A stretch of DNA of 64,000 nucleotides from Acidobacteriota bacterium (lineage in GTDB: Bacteria; Acidobacteriota; UBA6911; JACQSX01). The notes below the pieces were generated by a model that had not been told where the DNA came from, ran no database searches, and worked only from the letters and a program-made list of their open reading frames with translations. Within the stretch, counting starts at the first letter, position 1; each line of letters begins with the position of its first letter. The position numbers were made by a program, and so were the translations under genes. The stretch spans positions 1 to 64,000 of the forward strand of contig DASXQR010000003.1 of assembly GCA_036507075.1 (NCBI GenBank). Reading direction: 5' to 3'. Shown here piece by piece: positions 39,501-49,847 of the stretch.

Positions 39501-39822
39501 CCACTCGACCCGTCTGCTGCACGCCCAGAATAACCCGATCCACTTTCTGAATCTTGAATCCTACCAGGCTCGCGCTGACCGCATATTCCCCCGCCGTCAG
39601 GAATGGAAAGGAGTAGGCTCCGCTGTCATCGGTGATCGCTTCTCGCGAAACACCGGTGGCCAGATTGGTGGCCCGAACCGTGGCCCCCGGCACCACCGCG
39701 TTGGAGCTGTCGGTCACTGTGCCGACAAGAGTTGCCGTCGTTTGTTGAGCATTCAGTGTCAGGCAATGAAAAGCCGCTATAAGAGTCAGGAAAATAACCA
39801 TCAACCAGCAACGCCATTGCAT
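36508..39822 (-). CDS. TonB-dependent receptor, Oar-like, with carboxypeptidase-regulatory-like N-domain
   Basis: Signal peptide; GTVTDSS..VPGATV; ELPLNGRNF; NRNQFG; QDDWK; LNLGLRYD; RAEIFNLFNH; C-terminal F. Confidence 0.93.
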   Translation of the reverse strand: MQWRCWLMVIFLTLIAAFHCLTLNAQQTTATLVGTVTDSSNAVVPGATVRATNLATGVSREAITDDSGAYSFPFLTAGEYAVSASLVGFKIQKVDRVILGVQQTGRVDFQLTVGEVTQTISVEGGVILLQTETSTVGTVIDSTKIVELPLNGRNFVQLAQLIPGVQAGTPGSITVRRGRGSIGQQDSPFGSTGMSANGSRDTANRFFIDGLEMMDYDAMTYSFSPSVDSLAEFKVETSTYSAELGGAPGGQVNMVTRSGGSAYRGTVWEFNRNDALTQTYDAIARKKVDPPRLNRNQFGANIGGPVWLPKLFNGRESTFFFFNWESGRQLQANPSSLALIPPSEIRSGDFRNLINPRTNQPIVLRDPLNVGISNNVIPRSALSPQALAFLEFVAQPNTREGSFNYSSGSFGATSTQDNYTARVDHNFSIRDSISGRYVFNDTYEAGIPFWGHDERNNLGRTQLVASSWLHTFNARLLNELRGGWHRFFESEIFGTTNDPAFDVVGRMKLPLVSRLPAEFGPPTISINGPDGSFQVYNLQRQIGPRDRSNQIWEFSDILSWQRGQHYMKFGAEITRRNVTFEQARAPRGSFSFDGTYTGSALADFMLGYVRNASINPAHTSTDLNNFWHAYFVQDDWKILPRLTLNLGLRYDYFQPYKQSDDKIVNIEQNGFVVAGLVTPQTSRYGRSLIAPDRNNFGPRFGFAYRPARFGETVIRGGYGVYFTPQISNAVFAMVEGAQATAGATVNGNITGAPNVFFNDPFSSAVTSGALNFAVSLDQNLRDSYIQQWNLNVQHELPGNIIIDAGYVGSKGTRLIVTFEDMNRPIALVDPRTPGLPSLNARRPNQAYARNVRSDKSIGNSIYHSLQLKAERRLARGLTFLTAYTWSKAISGPNDIGGQVGGGNFIGAPQDIFYLRGDRSASGFDLTQRFVQTVIYDVPFFKSTQGAVKYLLDGWQLSTIITEQSGFPAPVTNNVDTTGTGISSRPDLVPGQKANLPRGERTYQRWFNTAAFEPAAFGRFGTSSRTAAIRLPGLNNVDFSLSKSIRFQETRQLQFRAEIFNLFNHFNPDPGSLDRNIRSVNFGKIGGGVQGITTRVTQLGVKFYF

Positions 39823-40023
39823 AGTTTTGCCGCTCCCCTTCTGCGAAGGTTTGGATCGATAAGTTGAACTCGGTCTAACTGATTTTTGAGAGGTAACCTC
39901 AACACGTCTGGAAAATTTCCAGTCGGTGAAACCAAGGTCTGCGAGCCCCGAAAAGGGTCACACGCCATAGATAAGCAGAGCACTGACCGGAAAGAAGAGT
40001 CAAGAGTTTGTTGGGAGTGTGTG

Positions 40024-40111
40024 GGGTCAGGTCTTCAGAATTCATTTTTTAGTTGGATTTTGAGATCAAGTTCAATTGGAGTGCAAAAAATGAATTTTGA
40101 AGACCTGACCC
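40024..40111. repeat. 27-bp inverted repeat GGGTCAGGTCTTCAGAATTCATTTTTT / AAAAAATGAATTTTGAAGACCTGACCC
   Basis: One mismatch; arms at 40024-40050 and 40085-40111. Confidence 0.82.
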
Positions 40112-40223
40112 TATGATCCGATAATTCCGACTTTTCCTGGCGCGGCTGATGCCGAGCGTCGGAGTCCCACCGGAGAATCATTTTCAGCTCGACATATTCG
40201 ACGAGTAAAATAGGTCTGTGAAT

Positions 40224-40364
40224 TACAAGTTGGCAACTTCTCGCTTTTTTGCAAAGTTTTGTCTGGCATCTGCATTCCTTCACCGCAGAGGACGCAGAGA
40301 GTGCGCAGAGTTTCGTTTGCATGTCTCTGCGCAACCTCTGCGTTCTCTGCGCCTCTGCGGTGAA
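40224..40364. repeat. Isolated left end of the asymmetric element followed by a 9-mer-family hairpin
   Basis: TACAAGTTGGCAACTTCT; TTCACCGCAGAGGACGCAGAG ... CTCTGCGCCTCTGCGGTGAA. Confidence 0.7.
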
Positions 40365-40442
40365 GGAATGTGACTTTCCACATCAGCATATGACGATCAG
40401 GCTGCCAAGCGGGAACATCATGTTCTTCAGGAGGCACGCAGA

Positions 40443-41106
40443 ATGAATCGTCTTCGGTTACTGAGTATGTGTCTCACTGCCAGTGTCGCGCTGAGTGTTG
40501 CGGGATGTAAACATCGACATGCCGCCGTGCTTCCTCCCGGTCCAGCCGAATCCTCTCGCGGGGAGGCCTCTTTTACCACTCTGACGGATCCAGCCTCAAA
40601 CGCAGATGAGCTTCCAAAAAACCAGAGCTATCAGGGCGAGGACCAAAGGTGAACTTGGCATACCGGTTTATCCGGCGGATGCGCTTAAAAGCAAGATCAG
40701 TGAATCCACAGTGGCGGTGCGAATTCTCATCAGCACGGACGGCAAGGTTACTGAAATAAGCGATAGTCCGCTGATGGCGTCGAGCACCGGGCCTTTTGCC
40801 GGTGAATTCAGAGCAGCCACCGAAGAAGCGATCAAGACATGGTTGTTTGAACCAGCCGAAATTCAAACCCTCGAGGATGGCAAAGACCTGGACGGCGATG
40901 GGAAACCCGATTATAGGATTGTGGTTGCTACACAGAAAATACCGATTTACCGCGATCTCCATTTTGACTTCAAGGTCGTAGTGTCAGAAGGGAAGGTTCG
41001 GGCCACTGTGACGACATCTTCTTTCCAGGGACAGCAGGCCGGATCAAAAGAGAAAGAAAAAGAAAGAAACAAAGATCCGAAAAAGAGTAAGACAAAACCA
41101 TATTGA
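40443..41106 (+). pseudogene. TonB C-terminal-domain lipoprotein split by a frameshift near 40635
   Basis: Frame 1 carries the signal peptide and lipobox VAGC and stops at 40652; the overlapping frame carries PVYP..A....V.V.ILISTDGKV...W.FEPA. Confidence 0.6.
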
Positions 41107-41140
41107 CCATGATGCGGCGCGGAGTGAGACAAGTGCAGGT

Positions 41141-41521
41141 ATGAAAGCGAAGCGAAGTTTCCCCCGCGACATCCTGGCCGCCATCCGCGACAGTAAGATC
41201 CTGGGTATCCGGGCCGGCACGCAGCCACATCGTTTCATCGGCATCTGGGTTGTGGTGGTGGAAGGACGCGTCTTTGTGCGTTCGTGGAGCCTGAAGCAGC
41301 GAAGCTGGTACCGGACATTCCTCACGGAGGCACGCGGAGTTGTGCAGGTTGATGGCCGGCAGATCCCCGTCCGTGCCGTGCGCACCAGGAGCGAGCGCTT
41401 GAAGGATGCTGTCGACCGGGCCTACCTTGAGAAATACAACACTCCAGGGTCCATCAAGTACGCTCGAGGCCTGGGACGCGCAAAGTCCAGGGCCACCACG
41501 ATAGAACTCGTGCGCCGATGA
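41141..41521 (+). CDS. DUF2255-like protein
   Basis: IWVVVV..RVFVRS, SWYR, AVD.AY..KY pattern. Confidence 0.65.
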   Translation: MKAKRSFPRDILAAIRDSKILGIRAGTQPHRFIGIWVVVVEGRVFVRSWSLKQRSWYRTFLTEARGVVQVDGRQIPVRAVRTRSERLKDAVDRAYLEKYNTPGSIKYARGLGRAKSRATTIELVRR

Positions 41522-42114
41522 ATCACGATCAGACTTTCCGGGTGATTCTTATTGTTGGCTCTCTGATTCTCCTTCCAATCGCTCTTTACCACCGTCTTAA
41601 GTCGCAGGCGACAGGTGAGAAGCTCGATCGGCGCCAGGAGGGGCTTTTCATCTTGTTTACGCTGCGGCCTGTCGGCATCGCCTGTATGCTGGGACTTGTC
41701 ACCTACATGGTAAACCCGTCATGGATGGCCTGGTCGTCAGTGCCATTGCCGGATTCTTTTCGGTGGATTGGCGTCGCTGTCGCCGCAGTAGCCGGCGCGC
41801 TGTTGATCTGGACCCTCCACAGCCTGGGAAAGAATCTAACGGATACAGTTGTCACCAGGCGAGAGCACACTCTGGTGACGATTGGCCCCTATCGCTGGAT
41901 CCGCCACCCATTCTACGATTCTGTGGCTCTGTGCATCTTCGCCAACTCTCTGATTGCAGCCAACTGGTTTCTCTTCTTGACCGGCGGCTTGGCGCTTGTT
42001 TTGATCGTCGTTCGAACACGGAAGGAAGAAGAGAAACTCCTGGCTCGCTTTGGCGATGCCTATCGAGCGTACATGCAGCGGACCGGGCGCTTCTTGCCTA
42101 GAATCAGGGCGTGA
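41518..42114 (+). CDS. Isoprenylcysteine carboxyl methyltransferase / PEMT family membrane protein
   Basis: H.LVT.GPYRWIRHPFY; EE..L..RFG.AY..Y..RT.RFLP. Confidence 0.88.
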   Translation: MNHDQTFRVILIVGSLILLPIALYHRLKSQATGEKLDRRQEGLFILFTLRPVGIACMLGLVTYMVNPSWMAWSSVPLPDSFRWIGVAVAAVAGALLIWTLHSLGKNLTDTVVTRREHTLVTIGPYRWIRHPFYDSVALCIFANSLIAANWFLFLTGGLALVLIVVRTRKEEEKLLARFGDAYRAYMQRTGRFLPRIRA

Positions 42115-42279
42115 TGTGGCGCAGCTTGCCGGCGCTGACTTGGTTTGTGTTCTTTGTGCCTTTGTGGTGGATTGAAATACCTTCCGCAGATTAGGGGCAA
42201 AAAATAGCCGGCGTGGTTTAGAATTGGTCACCTTATCAACGTGTCCATCATTAGCCCGATTTGTATAAGGAGTTTCCTT

Positions 42280-43116
42280 ATGATTTCCAGACGCTCATTC
42301 ATCTCCAGTGTGGCCATGGCCTCGGCGCTGGCGCCAGTCATGGCGAAGCGCAAGTCGATACCGGTAGGCCTCGAGCTTTACTCGGTACGAAACGAACTCG
42401 CAAAAGATCTGATGGGCACAGTGCGTGCCGTTGCCAAAATAGGCTACGGAAACGTGGAGTTTTACGCCCCTTACTTCTCATGGACGCCGGACTACGCGAA
42501 GGAGGTTCGCAAGCTTCTCGATGATCTCGGCATCACCTGCCTGTCCACGCACAACGGCGCGAATTCTTTTGCGCCCGAAAATCTCGATAAGGCGATCGAG
42601 TTGAATTCGATTCTGGGCTGCAAGTACGTTGTTATGGCAAGCGCCGGGCGTGTGGAGGGCCTGGACGGCTGGAAAGAAGTTGCGGAGAAGCTCAATCGAG
42701 GCGCCGAAAAGATGAAGGCCGCGCAACTGGGCGCAGGTTATCACAACCACCAGGTCGAGTTCAGACCGATCGACGGCACGCGGCCGATGGAAGTGATCGC
42801 AAAAAACACCGACAAAGGCGTAATGCTGCAGCTCGATGTCGGCACCTGTATCGAAGCCGGTTCTGATCCGGTAGCTTGGATTCGACAAAACCCGGGCCGA
42901 ATCAAGTCCATGCACTGCAAGGACTGGTCACCCGATCCTGCCAAGGGATACAAGGTCTTGTTCGGCGAAGGTGCGGCGAAGTGGAAGGACATCTTCGCTG
43001 CCGCGGAGAAGACCGGAGGCATCGAGTACTACCTGATCGAGCAGGAGGGGAGCGTCTATCCTGCTCTCGAAACGGTGGAGCGCTGCCTGGCCAACTTTCG
43101 GAAAATACATAAGTGA
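42280..43116 (+). CDS. Sugar phosphate isomerase/epimerase TIM barrel with Tat signal
   Basis: SRRSFI Tat motif; GLELYSVR; YHNH..EF; LD.G; H.KD; IEQE. Confidence 0.87.
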   Translation: MISRRSFISSVAMASALAPVMAKRKSIPVGLELYSVRNELAKDLMGTVRAVAKIGYGNVEFYAPYFSWTPDYAKEVRKLLDDLGITCLSTHNGANSFAPENLDKAIELNSILGCKYVVMASAGRVEGLDGWKEVAEKLNRGAEKMKAAQLGAGYHNHQVEFRPIDGTRPMEVIAKNTDKGVMLQLDVGTCIEAGSDPVAWIRQNPGRIKSMHCKDWSPDPAKGYKVLFGEGAAKWKDIFAAAEKTGGIEYYLIEQEGSVYPALETVERCLANFRKIHK

Positions 43117-43123
43117 TGGAAAT

Positions 43124-43251
43124 TGTCCATGGTCCGTGGTCTGTTGTCAGTGGTCCGTTGTCAGTTGTCCATGGTTAGGCTGATATTTCAGCGGAGACCA
43201 CAAGGACACAAAGAACACGAAGAAGCTTTGTGTCCTTTGTGTCTTTGTGGT
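43124..43251. repeat. Heptamer array (TGTCCAT/GGTCCGT) plus 9-mer hairpin between convergent genes
   Basis: Array 43124-43175; hairpin 43197-43251. Confidence 0.85.
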
Positions 43252-43261
43252 GGATTCACCC

Positions 43262-44470
43262 TTATGCGGGCTGCAGTTCCACCTTCTTGCCCGCAATCGA
43301 AAGATTTTCCTTCACGAAGTTCTCATCCCAGAGGTTGGAGATAACGGCGGAGATGTTCGGGTTCTGCAACGCCCACAGGTAGGCCTTCACTGGTGGTTTC
43401 CATTCGCCCGGGACGATGCGGTTGACTTTCTGCACTCGCCAATCCGGAACCGGCTGCAGCGGTTTGTGGTGCGTGGCCACGGCGTGCGCCACTTTCATGG
43501 CGATCACGCCGATATTCTTTGCGGCGGCCTGACGGATGGCATCTTCCAGGTAACCGCCGTTGATCACGTTGTACGCCATCATCACAACATCATAGTGGCC
43601 CGCTTCGGTTGCCGCTCTCAAAATGCCGGCCGGATCGTTGTGCGACGTCACGCCCAGGAACCTCACCTTGCCCTGCTTTTTCAAATCCAGGAAAGTTTCC
43701 ACTATTTCGGGGCACTGCAGATCCTCCGGCGTGTCGGCTCCATGCGGACACATGAGAATGTCAAAGTGGTCGGTCCCTACGCGCTTAAGACTTTCTTCCA
43801 CTGATTCGATGATCGACTGGCGAAAGCTCGGACTTGCTTCAACCTTGTGGCGGTATTCCGGCATCATGGCGACTCGCAGGTAAGCCAGATCGAAAGCCCT
43901 CTGCTGGCCAGGATAGTAAGTGAGGAAGTAACCGGGTTTTTCCACTCCGCGTTGATCGCGCAGCTCCCGGGCGCGCTTCAGAATTGCTTCCTGCCTGGAG
44001 GCTGGCAGCTCGTCGAAGATCTGTTTGTATAGCCGCCTGCGCAGGCCGTTAAAGCTGCTGACCTTGGTCGTCAGGAAGACCTTCTGGCGCTTCGCCGACG
44101 AACCGGCGAGCAGTTTGCCGTAGGCGCGCTCGGTGTCGCCCCGGTTATAGGCGGGCGCCATATCGAGGTAATTCAAACCCATGTCGAGTGCCTGCTCGAG
44201 ATGCGTGTAGTTGTCGAGCGTAATGGGATCGCCACCGCTGATGACCTCCGAAATCATCATTCCGGTGCGTCCCAGCCGGCGGTAAGCCATGCTTGACTGC
44301 CTGTTGCGCCATTCCAGATCGGCACTGACAGCTCCTCTGGCTGCTTCGGCCGCACCAAGTCCGGCGAACGTGCTCGCTCCGCTCAAGAAGACAACACTTG
44401 CACCGGCTCGCACGAAGTCTCGCCGGTTCATCATTGTTCTTTCACGCGACAGAGATTGATCTGAAGGCAT
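43262..44470 (-). CDS. Aldo/keto reductase with Tat signal
   Basis: NRRDFV; YRRLGRTG; NYLDMAPAY; ESLKR..TDHFD; GKVRFLGVTSH; GVIAMK. Confidence 0.85.
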   Translation of the reverse strand: MPSDQSLSRERTMMNRRDFVRAGASVVFLSGASTFAGLGAAEAARGAVSADLEWRNRQSSMAYRRLGRTGMMISEVISGGDPITLDNYTHLEQALDMGLNYLDMAPAYNRGDTERAYGKLLAGSSAKRQKVFLTTKVSSFNGLRRRLYKQIFDELPASRQEAILKRARELRDQRGVEKPGYFLTYYPGQQRAFDLAYLRVAMMPEYRHKVEASPSFRQSIIESVEESLKRVGTDHFDILMCPHGADTPEDLQCPEIVETFLDLKKQGKVRFLGVTSHNDPAGILRAATEAGHYDVVMMAYNVINGGYLEDAIRQAAAKNIGVIAMKVAHAVATHHKPLQPVPDWRVQKVNRIVPGEWKPPVKAYLWALQNPNISAVISNLWDENFVKENLSIAGKKVELQPA

Positions 44471-44556
44471 AGCATCCTCCTTTGCGGAGCTGTTACTTTA
44501 TCACCGCCTGCCGTCATTGACGATTGTTTACGTTTCCCAAACGGAATGCGCCCACC

Positions 44557-44823
44557 GAGCCGCGACGCGTGAGCGAGCGGCACTCCATATGATCACTTCG
44601 GTGACGCCAGGTTCACACTTCTGCAGCGGCCTCAATGGGTGCTGAAACGTAAGAGGGGCTGATCTGACTTGTCAGTCTGGAGTGCCGCTCGCTTACACTT
44701 CGCGGCTCCATTGTTGGTGCACAGTTGCAAACAGCGGATTGCGGAATGCGGAATGCGGAATATAGTCAAACTTAATTCTTCAAAGCAAACCAGATTGGCT
44801 CACTATTCCGCATTCCGCATTCG
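44557..44823. repeat. REP-like palindrome (44557-44587 / 44678-44708) followed by inverted GAATGCG heptamers
   Basis: GAGCCGCG..TGAGCGAGCGGCACTCCA / TGGAGTGCCGCTCGCTTAC..CGCGGCTC. Confidence 0.8.
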
Positions 44824-44872
44824 AGTCGGGAGTCGCGGACCATTAACTCTCTGTGCGACAATGGTGCGGCGC

Positions 44873-46099
44873 ATGAGATTCGAGCTTTTTGTCGCGCTTC
44901 GCTATCTGAAGGCAAAGCGCAAACAGGCGGTCATCTCCGTGATTACGGCGATCTCGGTCCTTGGAGTCGCTGCCGGAGTAATGGCACTGGTCATCGCGCT
45001 CGCGTTGAACACCGGCTTTCAGGTGGAATTGCAAGCGAAAATTCTGGGCGCCACTTCTCATATCACGGTGCTGCAAAGCGACGGCCGCCCGCTTAAAGAG
45101 TTCAGAGCTGTCGTCGAGAAAATAAGGAACATCAGCGGAGTTCAGGCGATCACGCCCACTATTTACGGGCAAGTGTTCTTTGTGGGAGGCCTTCAAAACC
45201 AGGGGGTACAGCTCAAAGGGATTGATCTCGGAAACGCCCAGGTGCCTGAAATTCTAAAAACCGTCGTGAGCGGGAATTTGAGCGCGCTTTCTTCCGATTC
45301 AGCCGTGCCGGGCATCATTATCGGCAGAGAACTTGCGCGCAAGACCGGAACGGGACTGAATTCCGTGGTGCGCGCGATTTCCTCTGAAGGCGAGCTCTCA
45401 CCGGTGGGGAAGTTGCCGCGCAGCCAGACCTTCAAAGTGGTAGCGGTGTTCGAGTCTGGCTTATGGGACTTTGATGCCAACTGGGTGTTCGTCACTCTGG
45501 ACTCGGCACGGCGGCTGTTCCATCTTTCCCCCGAACAGGTCACGGCGCTCGAAGTCAACCTGCGCGATATTTATCAGGCTGGCCAGGCAGGGCGCGCCGT
45601 GGAAGAGAAACTGGGAGAAGGTTACCAGGCACTTACATGGATTGAATTGAATCGCCCTCTCTTTTCCGCCCTCCGCCTGGAGAAGCTTGCCATGTTTATC
45701 GCCATCGGTCTGATCGTGCTGGTGGCTTCGTTAAACGTTGTTACCACGCTGACGATGATGGTGATCGAAAAGCAGAAGGACATCGCCATCCTTTCCGCGA
45801 TGGGCAGCGACAGCAGAATCATCATGTGGATCTTCATGCTGCAGGGAATCATTATCGGAATCATTGGAACCGTCATCGGCATGGGGGTGGGGGTGACGGC
45901 GAGCTGGTGGCTGAATCGATATAAGGTCATCCATCTGCAGCCGGACGTTTACTCGATTCCATTCGTTCCGTTTCACACGCGCTGGGAAGATGTACTGGCG
46001 ATCGCAATGGTGGCCATGTTAATCACTTTTCTGGCAACCCTGCATCCGGCCAGAGCCGCCTCGCGCCTCGATCCGGTAGAGGCGCTGCGCTACGAATAA
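44873..46099 (+). CDS. Lipoprotein-releasing ABC transporter permease (LolC/E family)
   Basis: FELFVALRYL, LFSALRLEK, IAIL.AMG, PARAASRLDPVEALRYE; ATG at 44873 chosen. Confidence 0.92.
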   Translation: MRFELFVALRYLKAKRKQAVISVITAISVLGVAAGVMALVIALALNTGFQVELQAKILGATSHITVLQSDGRPLKEFRAVVEKIRNISGVQAITPTIYGQVFFVGGLQNQGVQLKGIDLGNAQVPEILKTVVSGNLSALSSDSAVPGIIIGRELARKTGTGLNSVVRAISSEGELSPVGKLPRSQTFKVVAVFESGLWDFDANWVFVTLDSARRLFHLSPEQVTALEVNLRDIYQAGQAGRAVEEKLGEGYQALTWIELNRPLFSALRLEKLAMFIAIGLIVLVASLNVVTTLTMMVIEKQKDIAILSAMGSDSRIIMWIFMLQGIIIGIIGTVIGMGVGVTASWWLNRYKVIHLQPDVYSIPFVPFHTRWEDVLAIAMVAMLITFLATLHPARAASRLDPVEALRYE

Positions 46100-46106
46100 A
46101 GGTTCC

Positions 46107-46350
46107 GGGTTTGCGGGTTGACGGGTTTAAGGTTGGCGAGTTGGAGAAAGGTTGCGAGTTTGCGGGTTGGAAAAAGGTTGCGAGTTTGCGGGTTAACGGG
46201 TTTCGAGTTGGCTGATTCAAAAATTGAAGATTCAAAATTAATAACGCCGAAATCTCGCAACCCGTAACCCGCAAACCCGTAAACCCGCAACCCGTAACCG
46301 AAAACTCGTAACCCGAAACCCGAAAACCCGAAAACTCGAAAACTCGTAAC
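46107..46350. repeat. Inverted 7/8-mer arrays GGGTTTGC/GAGTT ... AACCCGT/AACTCGT
   Basis: Read directly; fills the lolCE-lolD gap. Confidence 0.87.
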
Positions 46351-46360
46351 TTGGCTGCCG

Positions 46361-47035
46361 ATGCCGTTTCTGAAAGTTCGGAACCTGAATAAGAGCTACC
46401 CTTCCGGACGCACACAGCTGCATGTGTTGCGCGACCTGTCGCTGGACGTGGAAAAGGGGGATTTGATCGCCGTTTTAGGGGCATCCGGCTCGGGCAAGAG
46501 CACTCTGCTGCATATGATCGGTGGAATGGAATGTCCCGATTCCGGCTCCATTCAATATGGTGATCTGGAACTGGTCTCACTCGCTCGAGAAGAGCTTGCC
46601 CGCTTTCGAAATTCCAGAGTTGGATTCATTTTTCAATTTCACCACCTGCTGCCTGAATTCAGCGCGCTTGAGAATGTGATGTTTCCGTTGTTGATTGGCA
46701 GGCAACCGGCGGCGCGCTGCCGTTCACTGGCGATGGAGCTGCTCGCCGCGGTGGGATTGTCAGAACGGCAGAGTCACAAACCGGGAGAATTGTCGGGTGG
46801 AGAACAGCAGCGGGTGGCCATCGCTCGGGCGCTGGTGGGGAGTCCCGATATCGTGCTGGCGGATGAGCCGACCGGCAACCTGGATGCGCACACGGCCGAG
46901 TCGGTGCACCTGTTGCTGCAGCAACTCCATCAGCAAAGGCAGTTCACCGCCATCGTGGTGACCCATAATCCGGCCCTGGCTGAGATCTGCCGGGCGAGGA
47001 AATACATGCGAGACGGGCAACTTGTTGATCCCTAG
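46361..47035 (+). CDS. lolD: Lipoprotein-releasing ABC transporter ATPase
   Basis: [45 protein letters not shown]. Confidence 0.93.
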   Translation: MPFLKVRNLNKSYPSGRTQLHVLRDLSLDVEKGDLIAVLGASGSGKSTLLHMIGGMECPDSGSIQYGDLELVSLAREELARFRNSRVGFIFQFHHLLPEFSALENVMFPLLIGRQPAARCRSLAMELLAAVGLSERQSHKPGELSGGEQQRVAIARALVGSPDIVLADEPTGNLDAHTAESVHLLLQQLHQQRQFTAIVVTHNPALAEICRARKYMRDGQLVDP

Positions 47036-47142
47036 GGCATCTTAATGCGTACGGACTCGAACGGAGATGAAAATAGTTTTCTAAGTTCGCTGAAACCAAG
47101 CGTTAAATTGAATTTAAGGGTCATTTCTGGTACAAAAGGACC

Positions 47143-49590
47143 ATGTTTGAGAAATACACGGAGAAGGCGCGGCGCGTGATCTTTTTTGCGCGCTATGAGG
47201 CCAGCCAGTTCGGAAGCCGTTACATTGAAACCGAACATATTCTGCTGGGTCTGATCCGTGAGGACAAGGCGCTCACCAGCCGATTTTTCCCGCGAGCTGA
47301 GTCCACCATCGAAACCATCCGAAAAGAGATTGAGGGACGCACCGTCATACACGACAAGGTCTCTACCTCCGTAGAGCTGCCTTTGAGTGATGAGTCAAAA
47401 CGCGTTCTCCAGTACGCCAACGAGGAATCAGAACGGCTCCTCTGCAACTACATCGGGACCGAGCACATTCTCCTGGGGCTTCTGAGAGAAGAAAAATCAG
47501 TGGCTGCGGAAATCCTCCATGAAAAAGGCTTGCGCCTGGCCAAGGTACGTGAGGAAATCGCCGGCGCTACCACCGAGAAACAAAGCAATCCGAAGAGCAA
47601 GGACAGTCTCATCCTGGCCGAGTTCAGCCGGGATCTGACCGATGCGGCCTCCAACCGGACGCTGGACCCGCTGGTGGGACGCGAGCGAGAAATTGAAAGA
47701 GTGATCCAGATCCTGTGCCGAAGAACCAAGAACAATCCCGTCCTGATCGGGGAACCAGGGGTGGGTAAGACAGCCATTGTTGAAGGTCTGGCTCAGAAGA
47801 TCGTGCAGGGCGAAGTTCCCAGCATGCTGCTGGACAAGCGGATCCTGGCGCTGGACATTTCCCTGATCGTCGCAGGAACGAAATATCGCGGGCAGTTTGA
47901 AGAGCGTCTCAAGGCGATCATGAAGGAATTGCTGGAGAATCCGAACTTCATCATCTTTATAGATGAGCTGCACACGCTGGTGGGAGCAGGTTCCGCCGAA
48001 GGCTCTCTTGACGCCGCCAACATCCTGAAACCGGCCCTGTCGCGCGGGGAATTGCAGTGCGTCGGGGCCACCACTCCTTATGAATACCGCCGCTCCATTG
48101 AAAAGGATCGCTCTCTGGAACGCCGCTTCCAGGCAGTGAAAGTCAATCCACCGACCGAAGCGGAGACTATCGAAATCATCCGGGGCATCAGGGATCGGTA
48201 CGAATCGTTTCACCAGGTTTCCTACATCGAGGACGCGATTACTTCGTCGGTGCTGCAGTCGAATCGCTATATTCCGGACCGTTTTCTGCCCGACAAGGCC
48301 ATCGACGTGCTTGACGAGGCAGGAGCAAGGGTCAAGCTTCGCAGCACGGCCGTCCCCGACGAAGTGATCAATCTGCAGAAGAAAATCAAAGTCATCATGG
48401 GGCGGATTGAAACCGCCATTTCGCTGAAGGAATTCGAGAAAGCTGCCAAGTACAAGGACGAAGAACTTCTGGAGCGCGAAAACCTGCAGATCATCAAGGA
48501 GCGCTGGAAACTGCGCAACAAGCTTCCCATCCAGGTAACGCGCGATGATATCGATGACGTGATCTCGCGATGGACCGGCATCCCCGTCAACTCTTTGAAG
48601 GAAGAAGAATCGCAGAAGCTGCTCCGCATGGAAGACGAGCTGCACAGGCGCATCGTGAGCCAGAAAAAAGCGATTTCCGCGCTGGCCCGGGCCATCCGTC
48701 GCAGCCGCGCCGGCATGAAGAATCCCAACCGCCCGGTCGGGTCGTTCCTGTTTCTGGGACCGACGGGCGTGGGAAAGACAGAAGTGGCCAAGGGCTTGAC
48801 GGAATTTCTCTTTGGAAGCGAGAAGGCCCTGGTGCGCTTCGACATGTCCGAGTATATGGAGAAGCACTCGGTCTCAAAACTGATCGGATCTCCTCCCGGC
48901 TATGTCGGTCATGAAGAAGGCGGGCAACTGACCGAAAGGATCAAGCGCAATCCCTATTCGGTTCTGCTGTTGGACGAAATCGAAAAGGCGCACGCCGACA
49001 TCTTCAATATCCTGTTGCAGGTGTTCGAAGACGGCCAGCTTACCGATTCGCACGGAAATCAGATCGATTTCAAGAATACTATCATCATAATGACGTCAAA
49101 CATCGGAGCCCGTTACCTGTCGCAAAAAGGCGCTCTGGGATTCCAGGCTTCCGTCGATAAGAGCCAGCAGAAAGTTCACGATCTGGTGCTCAATGAAGTA
49201 AAGCATCTGTTTAATCCGGAATTCCTCAACCGTCTGGACGAAATCATCATTTTTGACTCCCTCACCGACGAGGATCTGCGCCAGATTGTCGATCTGCTTA
49301 TGATGCAGGTGAACAAGAACCTGGAGCAGAAGAACATTCGCATCCGGCTCGAGTCGGATGTGGCGGAATGGATCATTTCGCAGACCTGCAAGGATCGATC
49401 TTATGGCGCCCGGCCGCTTCGCCGCGCCATCCAGAAATACATCGAAGACCCCGTATCCGAGCTGCTGATTCAGGGTAAGTTGAACCGCGACCGCACCATA
49501 TCCATCTATATGAGGGATGGGCAATTGTTCTATCGTCCCACAGACGCCGAAGCAGACCAGGGGATGCAACTGCAGGTCAGCGTCTTCTGA
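47143..49590 (+). CDS. clpC: ATP-dependent Clp protease ATP-binding subunit
   Basis: Clp N-repeats; [11 protein letters not shown]-like M domain; [13 protein letters not shown] ClpP-docking loop. Confidence 0.94.
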   Translation: MFEKYTEKARRVIFFARYEASQFGSRYIETEHILLGLIREDKALTSRFFPRAESTIETIRKEIEGRTVIHDKVSTSVELPLSDESKRVLQYANEESERLLCNYIGTEHILLGLLREEKSVAAEILHEKGLRLAKVREEIAGATTEKQSNPKSKDSLILAEFSRDLTDAASNRTLDPLVGREREIERVIQILCRRTKNNPVLIGEPGVGKTAIVEGLAQKIVQGEVPSMLLDKRILALDISLIVAGTKYRGQFEERLKAIMKELLENPNFIIFIDELHTLVGAGSAEGSLDAANILKPALSRGELQCVGATTPYEYRRSIEKDRSLERRFQAVKVNPPTEAETIEIIRGIRDRYESFHQVSYIEDAITSSVLQSNRYIPDRFLPDKAIDVLDEAGARVKLRSTAVPDEVINLQKKIKVIMGRIETAISLKEFEKAAKYKDEELLERENLQIIKERWKLRNKLPIQVTRDDIDDVISRWTGIPVNSLKEEESQKLLRMEDELHRRIVSQKKAISALARAIRRSRAGMKNPNRPVGSFLFLGPTGVGKTEVAKGLTEFLFGSEKALVRFDMSEYMEKHSVSKLIGSPPGYVGHEEGGQLTERIKRNPYSVLLLDEIEKAHADIFNILLQVFEDGQLTDSHGNQIDFKNTIIIMTSNIGARYLSQKGALGFQASVDKSQQKVHDLVLNEVKHLFNPEFLNRLDEIIIFDSLTDEDLRQIVDLLMMQVNKNLEQKNIRIRLESDVAEWIISQTCKDRSYGARPLRRAIQKYIEDPVSELLIQGKLNRDRTISIYMRDGQLFYRPTDAEADQGMQLQVSVF

Positions 49591-49847
49591 CATTGCGCGT
49601 TTGCGCGGACATTCTCCCCGATCACTTATTTCCTAACTGGTTCTCACAGGTACGCCGGAGCGCATCGAGACGTCTTGGGAACGTTTGCGAAGAATCGCCG
49701 TTTTTGTATAAGGCGGAAATGGCTGTGTTATAATCATCGCTTTTTTGGATTGCCGTCTTTATAACATTGATACTGCTGCAATTAGCGGAAACCGGGGAAC
49801 AACAAACAGCGCCTTGATCCGGCGCGTATCTCTGGCGACTCGGAGAC

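Noticed and set aside
47497..48867. 456-aa minus-strand ORF (similarly 61796-62926, 38368-39399, 56459-57712, 35440-36420)
   Set aside because: Antisense shadows of well-supported genes, common in GC-rich DNA.
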